Below the pieces are notes generated by a model that was not told the origin of the DNA, made no database searches, and worked only from the letters and a program-made list of their open reading frames with translations. Positions 53,601-61,333 of a DNA stretch of 64,000 nt are shown here, piece after piece. Position numbers and translations under genes: made by a program. Positions within the stretch are counted from its first letter, which is position 1, and every line of letters begins with the position of its first letter. Source of the stretch: Candidatus Zixiibacteriota bacterium (lineage in GTDB: Bacteria; Zixibacteria; MSB-5A5; GN15; FEB-12). The stretch lies in NCBI GenBank assembly GCA_020346225.1, contig CP070777.1:303976-367975 (forward strand), given 5' to 3'.

Positions 53601-54892
53601 TCTACCGGTTCAAGGTGCCAGTAAGCGGCTTCAATATCGCCTGCGATGATTTCCGGCCGTTCGAAAGAACCATTTACATACCGAACATGTGCGACCACGC
53701 CTACGCGTTGCGCGGCGCTTTTGAACGATGCGGACTCAGGGCTGAGGTTCTGGATGAACCCGATGATCTGACCCTGGAATACGGCAAGAAATTTACTTCC
53801 GGCAAGGAGTGTTTCCCCTGTGTTATCACCACCGGAGACATGATCAAGAAGATCAAATCACCGCACTTCGATACCTCCCGGGCGGTGTTCTTTATGCCCG
53901 GCGCCAACGGTCCCTGCCGGTTCGGTCTGTACAGCCAGTTTCACCGGATGATTCTCGACGACCTGGGCTACACCGATATCCCTATCTACTCGCCGAACTC
54001 CGACAACGGCTACGCCGACTTCGGTCTCGACGGCACCGCGTTCCGCAAGATTGCGTGGAAGGGATTTGTCTTCGTGGACTGTCTTCAGAAGCTGTTGTTC
54101 GGCATCCGACCCTATGAAATCAACGAGGGCGAGACCGAGAAAGTATATCTCAAATATCTGGCCCGACTTGACCGCGCCCTGGTTCACGACGAATCGCTGG
54201 ATCGCCTTGGCCGCGAAGCGGCAGCAGCTTTCGCCGCAATAGAAAGGGAGCCCTCGGTGCGCCCGCGTGTAGGTGTGGTGGGGGAGATCTATCTCAGGAA
54301 TAACCGGTTCTCGAATAATCATCTGATTGAAACACTGGAGAAACTCGGCCTTGAAGTGTGGCTGGCCACCTTCACCGAATGGCCGCTGTATACGTCGTGG
54401 AGTTATCAGAAAGACTCCATCTCGCAATTCAACCTCAAGGGTCTGGTCGAGAGTTCCCTGCAGCTTGTTTTCCAGCGTCGGCAGGAACATCGTATCGCCC
54501 GCGCCTTCAGCCGCGATAAACACTTCTGGAGTGACTATCCCGTTGAGAAGGTTCTCAAGCTGGCCTCGGCGTACCTGCCTTTGGATTTCAAGGGCGAGGC
54601 GGTGCTGTCCATCGGAAAAGCCATTGAGATGACTATTGAGGGCGCCGGCGGCATTGTCAACGCAATGCCTTTTAACTGCATGCCGGGTACGGTCGTGTCC
54701 TCCCTGTCGAAGAGGATTTCCGAAGATTACGGCGATATCCCGTGGCTCAACATTTCCTATGAAGGTTTGCGAGACTCCGGCGAGGAAACGCGACTTGAGG
54801 CTTTTGCCGATCAGGCCCGCGCCTACCAGCGCAGCCGCAGCCGTCAAACGACCGCCGAAGCCACCCTGCTGCTGAAAGAGCAGCAAAAGTGA
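50672..54892 (+). CDS. Fusion protein: two BcrA/BadF/HgdC-type activase ATPase domains plus a DUF2229/2-hydroxyacyl-CoA-dehydratase-like C-terminal module
   Basis: Two acetate/sugar-kinase-fold ATPase domains (LGIDIGSVSVK and LGVDVGSLSTN). Each has the cluster-ligand pattern N(A/K).CAAGTGSFL plus RC(S/T)VF. CEDCANQC..GSRCERY Cys block, then GIPRVLHFFDYYPFWRAFFESAGFKVV. ATG 50672 chosen. Confidence 0.88.
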   Translation: MSGLSTSLGIDIGSVSVKLVLLENDRVVRTAYRRFHGRPFETLCQLLNEQFRDLDGSSLNLGFTGIGGKTARRVLGGKFFGEIASIAAGNFHSVPQARTIIEMGGEDSKLIVVDSPTRTVRDFAMNAQCAAGTGSFLDQQAARLKISIEGEFGRLALKSQKPPRIAGRCSVFAKSDMIHLQQIAAPDYDIVAGLCFAVARNFKSSIARAKKFEPPIVFEGGVAANPGMVRAFAEILGLTDGQLQVPEHYNVIGALGAAVLAGENSTLVESFDSEKIRSYLDYRQVVASGREALSFDFPDSKYYDITMADRPADIDDLEVYLGVDVGSLSTNLVLIDADHRVIARRYLMTEGRPIEAVRRGLREISEEVGDRVTVKAVGSTGSGRYLIGDLIGADVIRNEITAQATAAIDIDPEVDTVFEIGGQDSKYISIDKRAVVDFEMNKACAAGTGSFLQEQAEKLNVNIETEFSDRALCATCPVGCGERCTVFMESDLVAHQRSGASKDDLLAGLAYSIVSNYLTKVVGDRRVGDHIFFQGGVAWNKAVVAAFEKMTGKHVTVPPHHDVTGAIGAAILAKEQIDQPGFETSFKGFDFHKRRYELESFTCEDCANQCEIHKVILEGEEPLYYGSRCERYEVDRRQGRDLPTDYAAVRKRLLFKRYLEPAVVSGSKGRVGIPRVLHFFDYYPFWRAFFESAGFKVVNSDVSNQKIVENSLELFSAETCYPIKIVFGHVGNLLDKGVDWLFLPSLIKVADQQELAEEGAYICPYVQTIGSTIATSFDFAAAGAKLVNRPINLSQNVGDLRHKLKGLASDFGLSDREYNRAIDAGLKAYQTYRLALRDEGRKVLGRLGPDEKALVIVSRPYNGYDPRLSLELPDKIRELGVKSIPLDFLDTGNGSDVPFMYWRYGRRILSAAKYIREHPNLFAVYITSFGCGPDSFITHFFRKAMSGKPYLQLELDEHSADAGLITRSEAFIDSLRFYRFKVPVSGFNIACDDFRPFERTIYIPNMCDHAYALRGAFERCGLRAEVLDEPDDLTLEYGKKFTSGKECFPCVITTGDMIKKIKSPHFDTSRAVFFMPGANGPCRFGLYSQFHRMILDDLGYTDIPIYSPNSDNGYADFGLDGTAFRKIAWKGFVFVDCLQKLLFGIRPYEINEGETEKVYLKYLARLDRALVHDESLDRLGREAAAAFAAIEREPSVRPRVGVVGEIYLRNNRFSNNHLIETLEKLGLEVWLATFTEWPLYTSWSYQKDSISQFNLKGLVESSLQLVFQRRQEHRIARAFSRDKHFWSDYPVEKVLKLASAYLPLDFKGEAVLSIGKAIEMTIEGAGGIVNAMPFNCMPGTVVSSLSKRISEDYGDIPWLNISYEGLRDSGEETRLEAFADQARAYQRSRSRQTTAEATLLLKEQQK

Positions 54893-54942
54893 AAACTGCG
54901 TATCCGCCCGTGCCGGGCGACCCGCTCTAACAAATTAAATAC

Positions 54943-54971
54943 TTGATATTGATGCGCTTACAATGTACACT
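54943..54971 (+). promoter_or_regulatory. Possible promoter for trxA
   Basis: TTGATA (54943-54948), 17-nt spacer, TACACT (54966-54971). Confidence 0.4.
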
Positions 54972-55080
54972 GAGAACGATGTAGCCGCGTTCGCCGGACC
55001 CGAGACAGGTTTCAGGAACAACTCAAAACTGTCCGTGTTATAAAGAAAGATTTATATTCGCACATTTATTGGAGGTACGG

Positions 55081-55407
55081 ATGAGTAAGCCGCTCAACAT
55101 CACTGATGATACTTTCGAACAGGAAGTTCTCCAGTCCGATATACCGGTTATTGTCGACTTCTGGGCAACCTGGTGTGGCCCCTGTAAAATGATCGCTCCC
55201 ATTCTCGAAGAAGTGGCCGCGGAATATGCCAATAAGATCAAGGTGGTCAAACTGGACGTTGATGCTAACAACAAGACGGCCGGGAAGTACAATATTATGT
55301 CCATCCCGTCGCTGCTCTTCTTCAAGGGTGGCGAGATGGTCGATCAGGTGGTAGGCGCCATCCCCAAAGCTCAACTGACTTCCCGCCTCGATAAGGTCCT
55401 GGCGTAG
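55081..55407 (+). CDS. trxA: Thioredoxin
   Basis: WATWCGPCK active site. ATG 55081 preceded by GGAGG. Confidence 0.93.
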   Translation: MSKPLNITDDTFEQEVLQSDIPVIVDFWATWCGPCKMIAPILEEVAAEYANKIKVVKLDVDANNKTAGKYNIMSIPSLLFFKGGEMVDQVVGAIPKAQLTSRLDKVLA

Positions 55408-55430
55408 ACCGCCCTTTGCTTGAGAAAATC

Positions 55431-55462
55431 AGGGCCGGCTTTGATTGAAGCCGGCCCTTTTA
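55431..55462 (+). terminator. Intrinsic terminator after trxA
   Basis: AGGGCCGGCTT (55431-55441), 6-nt loop, AAGCCGGCCCT (55448-55458), followed by TTTACGTTT. Confidence 0.75.
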
Positions 55463-55530
55463 CGTTTGTCTCTGGCCCACGCAGCTTGCCCTGATTATCG
55501 GACCGCCGTGGCGGAACATATTCGCCCGAT

Positions 55531-55560
55531 TTGCATTTTAATTAGGTTAGATGTATAAAT
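55531..55560 (+). promoter_or_regulatory. Sigma70-type promoter in an AT-rich patch
   Basis: TTGCAT (55531-55536), 17-nt spacer, TATAAAT (55554-55560). Confidence 0.4.
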
Positions 55561-55606
55561 ATGTTGTAGATTCATCTTGCACGGGCAACCGGAAAGGTCT
55601 ATAGCA

Positions 55607-55702
55607 GTGGACTGGTACGATGTCATTTTTGTCGTTGTCTTTATCGGTGTTTGGCTGCTCCTGGTCACCAAGGTGCTGCCTCGCTTCGGCGTCCACTCCT
55701 GA
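55607..55702 (+). CDS. Possible 31-aa single-TM small protein (not in the ORF track)
   Basis: GTG start. Translation (M)DWYDVIFVVVFIGVWLLLVTKVLPRFGVHS. None of the 31 codons ends in A, matching the local coding bias. Sits ~40 nt downstream of the predicted transcription start. Confidence 0.3.
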   Translation: MDWYDVIFVVVFIGVWLLLVTKVLPRFGVHS

Positions 55703-55842
55703 AGGATACCGATGTCGCGTTTCCCGGAGGGGGACGAAGAAAAAGGGCACAAGGAACAGCCCGCCGAAGAATAAGCGGGCCTTCCAGCGGAATAAGGTGG
55801 CTATCTTCAAGAGATGCCGGCGTTCTTCCGATAAGGTAAGAT

Positions 55843-56667
55843 ATGAAGTACTACCAGGATAGCGGCGACGCTCCCCGACGGGGATTCAGGATTGGCCCGG
55901 GCGCCCTCTCACCTTTCATAAAGGTCATGATTCTGGTCAACCTGGGCGTTTTCATCGCTCAGAATCTGTACCCGTCGCTAACCGTACATCTGGGCCTGTC
56001 GCCCAAAAACTTCTTCGCTGATTTTCCGAACCTTATATACCAGCCGTTCACCTACATGTTCCTCCATGGGGACTTCTGGCACATCTTCTTTAATATGTTT
56101 GTGCTGTGGATGTTCGGAACGGAAATCGAGTTCAATCTCGGCACCCGGAGATTCGCTCGTTTTTATATTCTGGCCGGTCTGGCCGGCGCCGTGCTGACAA
56201 TGATTGCGAAATCGTACCAGACCAACCCGATGATTGGAGCTTCGGCAGCCGTTTACGGCGTCATGGCAGCCTACTGGGTCAGCTTCCCGCAGCGTTATGT
56301 CTACCTGTATTTTCTTTTCCCGATTAAAGTTAAGTGGTTCGTGCCCGGTTTTATGCTGTTGGGCTTTCTCTTTGGCGGCCCCCACGTGGCCCATTTTGCC
56401 CATCTGGGCGGAGCTGTTTTCGGATTCATCTACTTCAAATCCGACTGGCGGCTCTGGTCTTTCTCGCGGAAAATTAAAGACTTGCGCTACCGACGCCAAT
56501 CCGCGAAACTGGAGAAAAACCGGCAAAAAGCCGAAGAAATAATGAAGAGGGTAGATGATATCCTCGACAAGATCAACGAGGTGGGTATCGAGAATATCAG
56601 CAAGGAAGACCGCAAGTTTCTCGAGGAAGCCTCGTCCCGGTTGTCGGATAAGAAAATGAAAGAATAG
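55843..56667 (+). CDS. Rhomboid-family intramembrane serine protease
   Basis: HGDFWHIFFNM, GASAAVYG (GxSxxxxG catalytic Ser) and AHLGGAVFG (catalytic His). Lys/Glu-rich soluble tail. Confidence 0.88.
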   Translation: MKYYQDSGDAPRRGFRIGPGALSPFIKVMILVNLGVFIAQNLYPSLTVHLGLSPKNFFADFPNLIYQPFTYMFLHGDFWHIFFNMFVLWMFGTEIEFNLGTRRFARFYILAGLAGAVLTMIAKSYQTNPMIGASAAVYGVMAAYWVSFPQRYVYLYFLFPIKVKWFVPGFMLLGFLFGGPHVAHFAHLGGAVFGFIYFKSDWRLWSFSRKIKDLRYRRQSAKLEKNRQKAEEIMKRVDDILDKINEVGIENISKEDRKFLEEASSRLSDKKMKE

Positions 56668-56682
56668 CGGTGGGTTGTTGAT

Positions 56683-57930
56683 ATGCGTAAGAGAGTTCTG
56701 TTGGCTGAGGCTTCCGATACCGTGCGCGGCGTCGCCGAGTCGGTACTGAGACAAAACGGTTTTGAAGTCATACCGGTGGTGAGCGGCGAAAAAGCTCTCG
56801 AAGTAATTCAGTTCTCTCGTCCGGATATAATCATTGCCGGCAGCGACCTGACCGGCAAGGCCAGAAAACCGCTGCACGAGCACATCAAGGAAGACCCTAA
56901 GGTGTCCTCGGTGCCGATGATCATTCTCACCGACTCGCCTGAAGGCGAGCTGTCCGCGCCGGTCGAGGCGACCCTTACTCGTCCTTTCGAGCCGGCTGAT
57001 CTTATCGACACGGTTAACGGCGTTATCGCCAAGCCGGTCGAGAGCCAACCGGCCGCGGCCGATAATCCGCTGGGTGAGGCCGCGCTGGAAGATGATTTTC
57101 TCGATGCCGCTCTGGGCCTCGATCATATTCATGTCACCGACTCGGAAGTGATGGACCGGACTCAGGCCGGCACCGCTTCCGCCAAGAGTGAATCTCACGC
57201 CGAGGCGAGCGGTTCCGATGACCTTCGCCCCCAGGGTGAAGCAACCACCGATTCCCGCAAGGTCGAGTCACTGATAATCCGTGAGGACGATACCGACATT
57301 CGCCCCCATGGCAGCCGCGGCGGTCGCGACAAAAGCATGTCGTCCTCCGGCAAAATCGAGATTCTCGATGACCAGTTCGGGCTGAGCGATGATGACGGCC
57401 TACCGGTCGATGATGAGGACAGCGCCCATGATTATCAGTGGTTTATCAATGAGATGCAAAAGGACGTGAATTTTCCCCCGACGCCGCCGGCCACGTCTTC
57501 ACCGGCTGACGAGCCCGCCTCCTCGGATCTCTCCTTCTCGGAACCATCGTCGATGGTGGACCCGGTAACACCGCCGCCGAAGGCGTCATCGGCCCCTCCG
57601 GCCGGCAAGTCCGGCGAACCCGCCGCGGGCCAGTTTATAAATGAGTTCCGGCGCGAGATGGAGAAAATGCGTTCCGATGAACCGGATAGTGTCGCCATCG
57701 ATGAACAGAAGATCGCTTCCGAGGCCGACGGTCGCGAACTGTCCTGGCAGGACACTCTCGAGAAGATGACGCCCGAGGAGATAAACCTCTTCACTCGGCA
57801 ATTTGTGGCCGAGTTGGCTGACAGAATAGCTCGGCTCATAGCCGCCAAGATCGACGATGAAAAGCTGCTGAGCCTGCTCAAAAAGGAAATCATTAAATAT
57901 CTGCAGGCCAGCCGCAAACCCTCCAGTTGA
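56683..57930 (+). CDS. Receiver-domain protein with a long acidic/Pro-rich disordered region and a C-terminal helical segment
   Basis: REC fold in the first ~120 aa (DIIIAGSDLTG acceptor Asp). The rest is low complexity until ...FTRQFVAELADRIARLIAAKIDDEKLL. Confidence 0.75.
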   Translation: MRKRVLLAEASDTVRGVAESVLRQNGFEVIPVVSGEKALEVIQFSRPDIIIAGSDLTGKARKPLHEHIKEDPKVSSVPMIILTDSPEGELSAPVEATLTRPFEPADLIDTVNGVIAKPVESQPAAADNPLGEAALEDDFLDAALGLDHIHVTDSEVMDRTQAGTASAKSESHAEASGSDDLRPQGEATTDSRKVESLIIREDDTDIRPHGSRGGRDKSMSSSGKIEILDDQFGLSDDDGLPVDDEDSAHDYQWFINEMQKDVNFPPTPPATSSPADEPASSDLSFSEPSSMVDPVTPPPKASSAPPAGKSGEPAAGQFINEFRREMEKMRSDEPDSVAIDEQKIASEADGRELSWQDTLEKMTPEEINLFTRQFVAELADRIARLIAAKIDDEKLLSLLKKEIIKYLQASRKPSS

Positions 57931-57986
57931 TTATCCCATGCCCGGATCTCACCTTTCATGCCATCGTATAGTCCGCCGAGGTCGCC

Positions 57987-58730
57987 ATGTTTGAGCAACC
58001 CAGCGTTGAAATACCTGCGGCCGTTCTGGCCGGCTTCCTTTCGTTCATCTCACCGTGTGTTCTGCCTCTGATTCCCGGCTATCTGTCCTTTATCTCCGGG
58101 GTTTCTATCGAGGACCTGAGCGGCGGAGGGAAGGGAAAACCACATCTCTGGAAGGTCTTCATTAATACCGTCTTTTTTGTCATCGGTTTCTCTATCGTCT
58201 TTGTCATTCTGGGTGCCGGAGCGACCCAGATCGGCAACCTGTTGCGCGGAAATCTCGTCATATTCAACAGGGTAGCCGGAGTGATCGTGTTCGTCTTCGG
58301 CCTGCACGTGGCCGGTGTGTTCAAAATCAGCTTTCTCAACTACGAAAAACGGTTTCACTCGCGACAGAAAACCATGGGCGTCGTCGGTTCCATGCTTGTC
58401 GGCATCGCTTTCGCCTTCGGCTGGACACCCTGTATCGGCCCTATCCTTGGCGCTATTCTGACGCTGGCCGCCCAGCAGGGCTCCGTCAATCAGGGCATCG
58501 TACTGCTGCTGTTCTACTCGGCGGGGCTGGGTATTCCGTTCATCCTCACGGCCCTGCTCTTCAACTACCTTATTGGAGCCTTTGGTTTTATCAAACGGCA
58601 CTTCCGCGCCGTTGAAATCATCTCCGGCTCGCTGCTTATGCTGGTCGGTATCCTGATCTTCTTCAACCTGCTGCAGGTCATTTCGACGTTTCTCCTCGAA
58701 AAAATCCCGGCCCTTCAGAACGTAGGATAG
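57987..58730 (+). CDS. ccdA: Cytochrome c biogenesis/thiol-disulfide transporter CcdA (DsbD transmembrane-core family)
   Basis: FLSFISPCVLPLIPGYL and GWTPCIGPILG Cys-Pro motifs. Six TM segments. Confidence 0.88.
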   Translation: MFEQPSVEIPAAVLAGFLSFISPCVLPLIPGYLSFISGVSIEDLSGGGKGKPHLWKVFINTVFFVIGFSIVFVILGAGATQIGNLLRGNLVIFNRVAGVIVFVFGLHVAGVFKISFLNYEKRFHSRQKTMGVVGSMLVGIAFAFGWTPCIGPILGAILTLAAQQGSVNQGIVLLLFYSAGLGIPFILTALLFNYLIGAFGFIKRHFRAVEIISGSLLMLVGILIFFNLLQVISTFLLEKIPALQNVG

Positions 58731-58817
58731 TTATTTTTTTCATCCGCATCGCCTTGACTGGCTCCAGCACGGTTTTTATATTGTCGCAGAATTTAATCTG
58801 AGGACCAGCCGTATCGC

Positions 58818-59567
58818 ATGGGCGAAAAGAAGAAAAGAAATTCCGTAATCGCCATCTGCATCCAGGAACCGCAGGAAGACGGTTCCTCGATGGACTTCGG
58901 CCCCATTCAGGGCGACAACCTGAGATTCCTGCACCAGGCGTTCATCACCGACACTATCGTCAACGCCAGCGTCGTCGAGAACGCCGATATCAAGCTGTAC
59001 CACATTGATCAGCCCGACCGGAAGAAGCTCGTGCGAATCGTCACCGACTATCTCATGAACCGTTCCCAAGGCAAGAAAGGCGATCAGTTCAAGAGTCGTT
59101 TCCAGACCGTCGAGCTCGAGAAACAGCGCTGGGGTATCAGGATCGAAGAGGTCTTCAAGGACTGTTTCGCGCAGGGCTATAAGCATGTTCTGGTGGCCGG
59201 CAGCCGCACGCCCACCATCCGCCCGGCGATGTTTGAGACGGCTCTCAAGATGCTCTCTGAATCGGATGCCGTTTTCGGACCCACCCCGGAGGGGCGTTAT
59301 TACGTTATCGGCATGTCCGGCTCCTACAAAATCAACTTGGCTGATTTCGACTGGAAGTCGCCGGCCATCTATTCCGAGGTCGCCGAAGCTTTCACCCAGA
59401 AGAACCTGGAGTGGTCCGAACTCGAAATCTGGTACTGCGTCGAAAACACCGAGGAAATCGAAATGATGATCAGGGACATCAATCAATTTCGCTACGAGGG
59501 TGACGAACAGACCGCCCGGGAAACGGAAAAGGTCCTCGAAAGGATTCTCACCCGATTGGAGCCCTGA
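58818..59567 (+). CDS. DUF2064-like (TIGR04282/CofC-MobA-like nucleotidyltransferase fold) protein
   Basis: The pattern ...GIRIEEVFKDCFAQGYKHVLVAGSRTPTI...ESDAVFGPTPEGRYYVIGM matches the DUF2064 core (G.R...AF...G...V.LIGSD.P.L....DAV.GPA.DGGYYLIG). Called from memory only. Confidence 0.65.
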   Translation: MGEKKKRNSVIAICIQEPQEDGSSMDFGPIQGDNLRFLHQAFITDTIVNASVVENADIKLYHIDQPDRKKLVRIVTDYLMNRSQGKKGDQFKSRFQTVELEKQRWGIRIEEVFKDCFAQGYKHVLVAGSRTPTIRPAMFETALKMLSESDAVFGPTPEGRYYVIGMSGSYKINLADFDWKSPAIYSEVAEAFTQKNLEWSELEIWYCVENTEEIEMMIRDINQFRYEGDEQTARETEKVLERILTRLEP

Positions 59568-60302
59568 TTGCAGCGAGAACTGCAGAAACTCAACTGGCTG
59601 GACATCGCCCGGCTCGTTCCTGAAGAAATCGACACGGTTCTATTGCCGGTGGGCACGGTGGAGGCTCACGGCCCGTCATGCGTGGGCACCGATAATTATA
59701 TCCCCGAAGCCATTGCCGCCGGTATCGCCGAGCGTGTCAACGCCCTCATCGCTCCCACCATAAGTTATGGTATCACCCGGTCCCTGGCTCGCTACCCTGG
59801 CGCCTTTACCATCAAACCGTCCACCTTCCAGGATTACGTAAGGCAGGTTCTTGACTCGCTTGCGGCCACTGGTTTCCGCAATATGATCCTTCTCAACGGG
59901 CACGGCGGCAACAACACCGACCTTAAGACCGTCGCCAATCAGTTTCATCACGAGAAAAGAGCCAACGTCGCCGTGGTCCACTGGTGGCATCTCTGCGCCG
60001 ATATGACCGAGAAGTTCTTCGGGCATACCGGCGGCCACGGGGGCACCGATGAAACCGCCATGGTGCAGGCCATCGACCCCTCCCTGGTCAGTGAAAAGCT
60101 CTACGACCCCGAATCCGCTTATTACTTCCGGCCGGGCGCCGATGTTTATCCCGTTCCCGGCTCTATCCTCCTGTACAAAGAGGGCGAAGGCTACCCGGAG
60201 TTCGACCTCAAGAGAGCCAAGCAGTATCGGCAGAAGGTCGTCGAGGCGGTGGGCGAATTTGTTGAATCCGTACTGTCCCGCTGGTCCAGGCTCGGCTTCT
60301 GA
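59568..60302 (+). CDS. Creatininase/ArfB/MftE-family metal amidohydrolase
   Basis: LLPVGTVEAHGP, LLNGHGGN and GGHGGTDET motifs. TTG start directly abuts the upstream stop. Confidence 0.78.
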   Translation: MQRELQKLNWLDIARLVPEEIDTVLLPVGTVEAHGPSCVGTDNYIPEAIAAGIAERVNALIAPTISYGITRSLARYPGAFTIKPSTFQDYVRQVLDSLAATGFRNMILLNGHGGNNTDLKTVANQFHHEKRANVAVVHWWHLCADMTEKFFGHTGGHGGTDETAMVQAIDPSLVSEKLYDPESAYYFRPGADVYPVPGSILLYKEGEGYPEFDLKRAKQYRQKVVEAVGEFVESVLSRWSRLGF

Positions 60303-60433
60303 GCGATTGCCTACGAATATTGGCGAAGAGCCCTCGAACCGGCCGGCTGAACCCACTGCGGCACAGTGCCGTGGACTCCGGCCGAGGGAAATCCCGTCTC
60401 CGTCGGCTCGCGGGACAGACCGATCCCCGCAAC

Positions 60434-61243
60434 TCAGAACTTATCGATATAGGTGATGCTGATCTCGCGTGTGATGGTGTCCGATTCGCGCCGGTTCAGC
60501 AGCAGATCCTTCACATGCGCCGCCAGTTCCAGCTTCTCCGTGAAAAGCCATTTGATCCCGATATTCAAATAGCCCCGACCTTTGCCGCCAAACGTGTTCG
60601 GGTCACCGTTCGGCAGGCCGGAGCGGTCGTCATTGAGGGCGGCGTCGTATTCCATCAAAAGGGCCAGGTTGTACTTGAAGGTCGCGTCAAACCCCGCGAA
60701 GACACTGATGTCCTTTTCGTCATCGACATCGTTTTCCAGACTGTAGTTCACACCGAAGTGCCAGCCCGAGGTCCATTCATAAAAGTAGAAACTGCGGCTG
60801 ACCACGCCATAAAAGCCGCGCGACTTGAACGTGTACCTGTCGAATTCGTCGTTCCAGGCACCGAAGCCCTGCGAACTGAACCCCACCGTCACCGCCGGGA
60901 AATACTCCAGCTCATCGACTACGCGAAACTTGATGTTGAACTCGATGCGCGGGTTCCAGTTGGGATCGGTATTGGAAATTACGTCCTCCGCGCCGTAGGA
61001 AATGCCCAGCTGGAGGCGGTTGGAAAGTCCGATATCAGTATAACCTATCGCTCCGCCGTTGGGATAGAAGCGCACTCCGATGTTGAAATACCCGCGCGGC
61101 AGCGTTCCCGCTGTCGGCAGATCCACCAGCCATCGCGGCGGCACGTCGTAAAGGGTCGCCGAAAACTCCTCCTGGCCTTTGACTCCTGAAGCTCCGAACA
61201 GAAGAATCAGCAGCGCGGCCGCACCTGCGTATATCTTTCTCAT
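60434..61243 (-). CDS. Putative outer-membrane beta-barrel protein (269 aa)
   Basis: Signal peptide (LLILLFGASGVKG). Alternating aromatic/hydrophilic strands. C-terminal ...ITYIDKF with terminal Phe. Confidence 0.68.
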   Translation of the reverse strand: MRKIYAGAAALLILLFGASGVKGQEEFSATLYDVPPRWLVDLPTAGTLPRGYFNIGVRFYPNGGAIGYTDIGLSNRLQLGISYGAEDVISNTDPNWNPRIEFNIKFRVVDELEYFPAVTVGFSSQGFGAWNDEFDRYTFKSRGFYGVVSRSFYFYEWTSGWHFGVNYSLENDVDDEKDISVFAGFDATFKYNLALLMEYDAALNDDRSGLPNGDPNTFGGKGRGYLNIGIKWLFTEKLELAAHVKDLLLNRRESDTITREISITYIDKF

Positions 61244-61333
61244 CTTACGTTCCTTCCTAATATGTCTCTTCGATGGACTCTTTTCGGGGAAGATAGAGGC
61301 GTCAAAAACGCCAAGTCAATTAAAACAAGCCTG

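Noticed and set aside
51464-54886. Three ~330-340-aa minus-strand ORFs (51464..52447, 52670..53698, 53858..54886) antisense to the activase-fusion gene
   Set aside because: The same shadow-ORF pattern applies. The plus-strand protein has dense, ordered family motifs across the whole span.
55978-57198. 406-aa minus-strand ORF spanning the rhomboid and receiver genes
   Set aside because: It crosses an intergenic gap and two well-supported plus-strand genes and has no recognisable motifs. It is a shadow ORF.
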